Shown: positions 61,821 to 64,000 of the stretch, in pieces
Layout of the letters: each line of letters begins with the position of its first letter
Numbering within the stretch: position 1 is the first letter of the stretch
Assembly (NCBI GenBank): GCA_028023455.1
Contig: JAQFVV010000006.1
Location: 14,756,001-14,820,000, forward strand
Reading direction: 5' to 3'
Length of the DNA: 64,000 nt
Source: Epiperipatus broadwayi
Lineage: Eukaryota; Animalia; Onychophora
Notes under the pieces: generated by a model
Told to the model about the DNA's origin: nothing
Databases searched by the model: none
Seen by the model: the letters and a program-made list of their open reading frames with translations, nothing else
Program-made: the position numbers and the translations under genes

Positions 61821-64000
61821 ATACTATTCGTCGTTCGTGGTTTGCACATATTATTTGAAGATTAGTTTTTTTAAGTATGAATGTTGTCAATAGTCTCAAT
61901 TGAGTAGGAAAAAACTATAAATTTAACGAATTAGAATTATTTTTTATTACTATTTTATTCATTCGATGACTAACCTTTATTAGTAAAATAAGGCAATATA
62001 TATACTTCTGAAGGCAACCAAATTGATTTTGAATTTCAAATTATTATAGATTAGCAATAATGTCTTTTTTCTTATTTAATTATATGTTTTATCATTTATA
62101 TATACGGTGTAAATACAATTTTGTCTATGAACATTTTTGTAAAGAATTTATTTAATAAACATTACATTAAAAGTAAACAATAACTGAATAATATTTATTA
62201 ATATCTCTTTGAAAGATACACTTCTAATTATTATTTTGACATTTAAGTATTTTTTAACCATTAAATTTTAATAAAAGAAACTTAATAAAATTTGTATCTT
62301 TTTACATTATTTAATAGATGTAGAAACATTCTTTTTATATTCTTACTTTAATCTTTGGGAATTTTGCGGATTTTTATCAAATATACCATTTCGAAATTAT
62401 TCAAATTGTCAAAAATATTAGAATTCATAGTGTTTTTGAGTCTACAAAAATGTTATTTAAGTGACACCCAGGGCATTTGTTTTTGTCTGCGGTGAACAAT
62501 TTATCAACATTTCAATCATATTTTAGATTATTATTATTTTTCCAAAAATAAACTTTATGTACACTATAATTTTTCAAAAAGATGTTATAATACATTCATG
62601 AATAATTTTATAAATAAGACATCAAAGTGATTGCTTTTAATTACTGAAAAATACAAATGTATTATTCATTTAATTTTAGTTTGCAGTATATATTTTATTA
62701 AATTAATGGTAATAGTGGCCCTTTTTTATTTACCGTATTTAGAATAATTTGTTTAAAAGACAACGGTAACATGGGCTAAGTAAGCACTTTCAGGAGTTTA
62801 GCATTTCCCCCATTTGTAGTCTAAGACACATCATATTACAATTGCCGTTTTCATTTGTACAGTCAGTGCTCTATATTGGTCTAATGAATCCATATTAACT
62901 TGGGATCTTCATTTGCCTGTTAATAATAACTAGATATCATTTACTTCTCACTCCGAGATGCTTGCAGGGTGACTAGCTGAAAGATAAATCCTGTGTTTGT
63001 GACCTAAAAAAATTTTCTAAGCTTGCCCAGTTAAGATTTGAGGTACTTACACATTTTTTTGGTATTGATGAAAATTACCTGCTCCTAACAAATGTGTATA
63101 TAATGATAGAATTAAACATATTTACAATTCTAAAAAGGAAAGGAATTTATTTTGGAAGTGAATATTAGATAATATTCTAATGAGGAGAAAGTAATTAGTC
63201 AAAATGTTGTTTTTGCTTATTTTACAATTTAAATTATGATGTGATGTCATGAAAGAATGCTGACATAAGTAATCAATCATCTGGAAAAAGTAACGTGTAC
63301 TTGGGATATACTGTCCATCTTTAATTCTTGCTTATTGATCCTGTGTAGTATTTTTTCCCAAAGAAAATGATTAAAATTTAGCACTTTTATGTCCACAGTT
63401 TGGACAAACAATGGTGCTGTTTTGTTCAGTATTGTCAAAAGAGAGTAGCCATTCATAACAGACACATCATTCGAAATAAGAAACTTCAGTAACCCCAATG
63501 ATATTAAGAAATAACATTTTGTAAATTAACAAAATTGTGTGGTTATATATATATTTGGTTAGTTATCACTTGTAATAAATTTATATTGTTAAAAGTTTAC
63601 TTGGAAGATCATTCTTACAAAAAAAAATGTAAATGCATTTTCTTTCATTTCCATTAAATAAAGTTATATATGGCCATTTTTCAAAATAAATCTTTATAAG
63701 TTTAGTTGGTAGAAAATAAATTTCTCACAAAAAATGTGAATGCATGTTTGTAGATGTTTGTTTCATTTCCATTAAATAAAGTTATAGGTCACCATTTTGC
63801 ACTAAATAAACTTATGAGATCATCATTTTTCCAAGTCGATCGATTAAGTTTGTCAGCAAGTCTGATGTACACATTATTTTGCTTCATTTTTAATAAAAAA
63901 AAACATAATGGTACATTTTAAAATCTCTATCTGAGATATAAATAAAATAAACCATATTTAGAGTAAATAAATTAAGTATCAAATAATATAAAGATAGATT

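Noticed and set aside
63277-63498. Minus-strand 73-aa ORF with a CPNC word in another frame
   Set aside because: No convincing splice signals or family resemblance.
1-64000. Autonomous Penelope ORF (RT plus GIY-YIG) as the partner of the HHR families
   Set aside because: Looked for but not seen. All RT-like relics read as RTE or L1/Tx1 type, so the Penelope link rests on architecture only.

Overview
Very AT-rich eukaryotic (probably invertebrate animal) DNA, mostly intron or intergenic and dense in repeats. No prokaryotic genes, rRNA or CRISPR arrays were seen. Four phase-compatible + strand exons (523-665, 5776-5908, 17252-17372, 27599-27659) encode part of the C-terminal ARM/HEAT region of an STK36/Fused-like kinase. 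One further candidate exon lies on the - strand (48817-48924). The main signal is about 30 intact or decayed copies of minimal Type I hammerhead ribozyme (HHR) motifs in at least four repeat families (A-D), none of which encodes a protein. Families A-C have a palindromic stem III, as expected for dimeric hammerheads. Family A has a 456-457 nt head-to-tail monomer and inserts as tail-to-tail fold-backs with two fixed termini and 12-14 bp target-site duplications (TSDs). This fits non-autonomous Penelope-like or retrozyme elements that could produce circular RNAs. Ribozyme-bearing retrozymes are a known class; whether these particular families are described cannot be checked here. Also present: many RTE and L1/Tx1-like LINE relics, hAT elements (including a pair with swapped TSDs), a tRNA-derived SINE with a long variable arm, and several orphan hairpins of about 200 bp. 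All alignments and folds were done by eye, and LINE boundaries are approximate.
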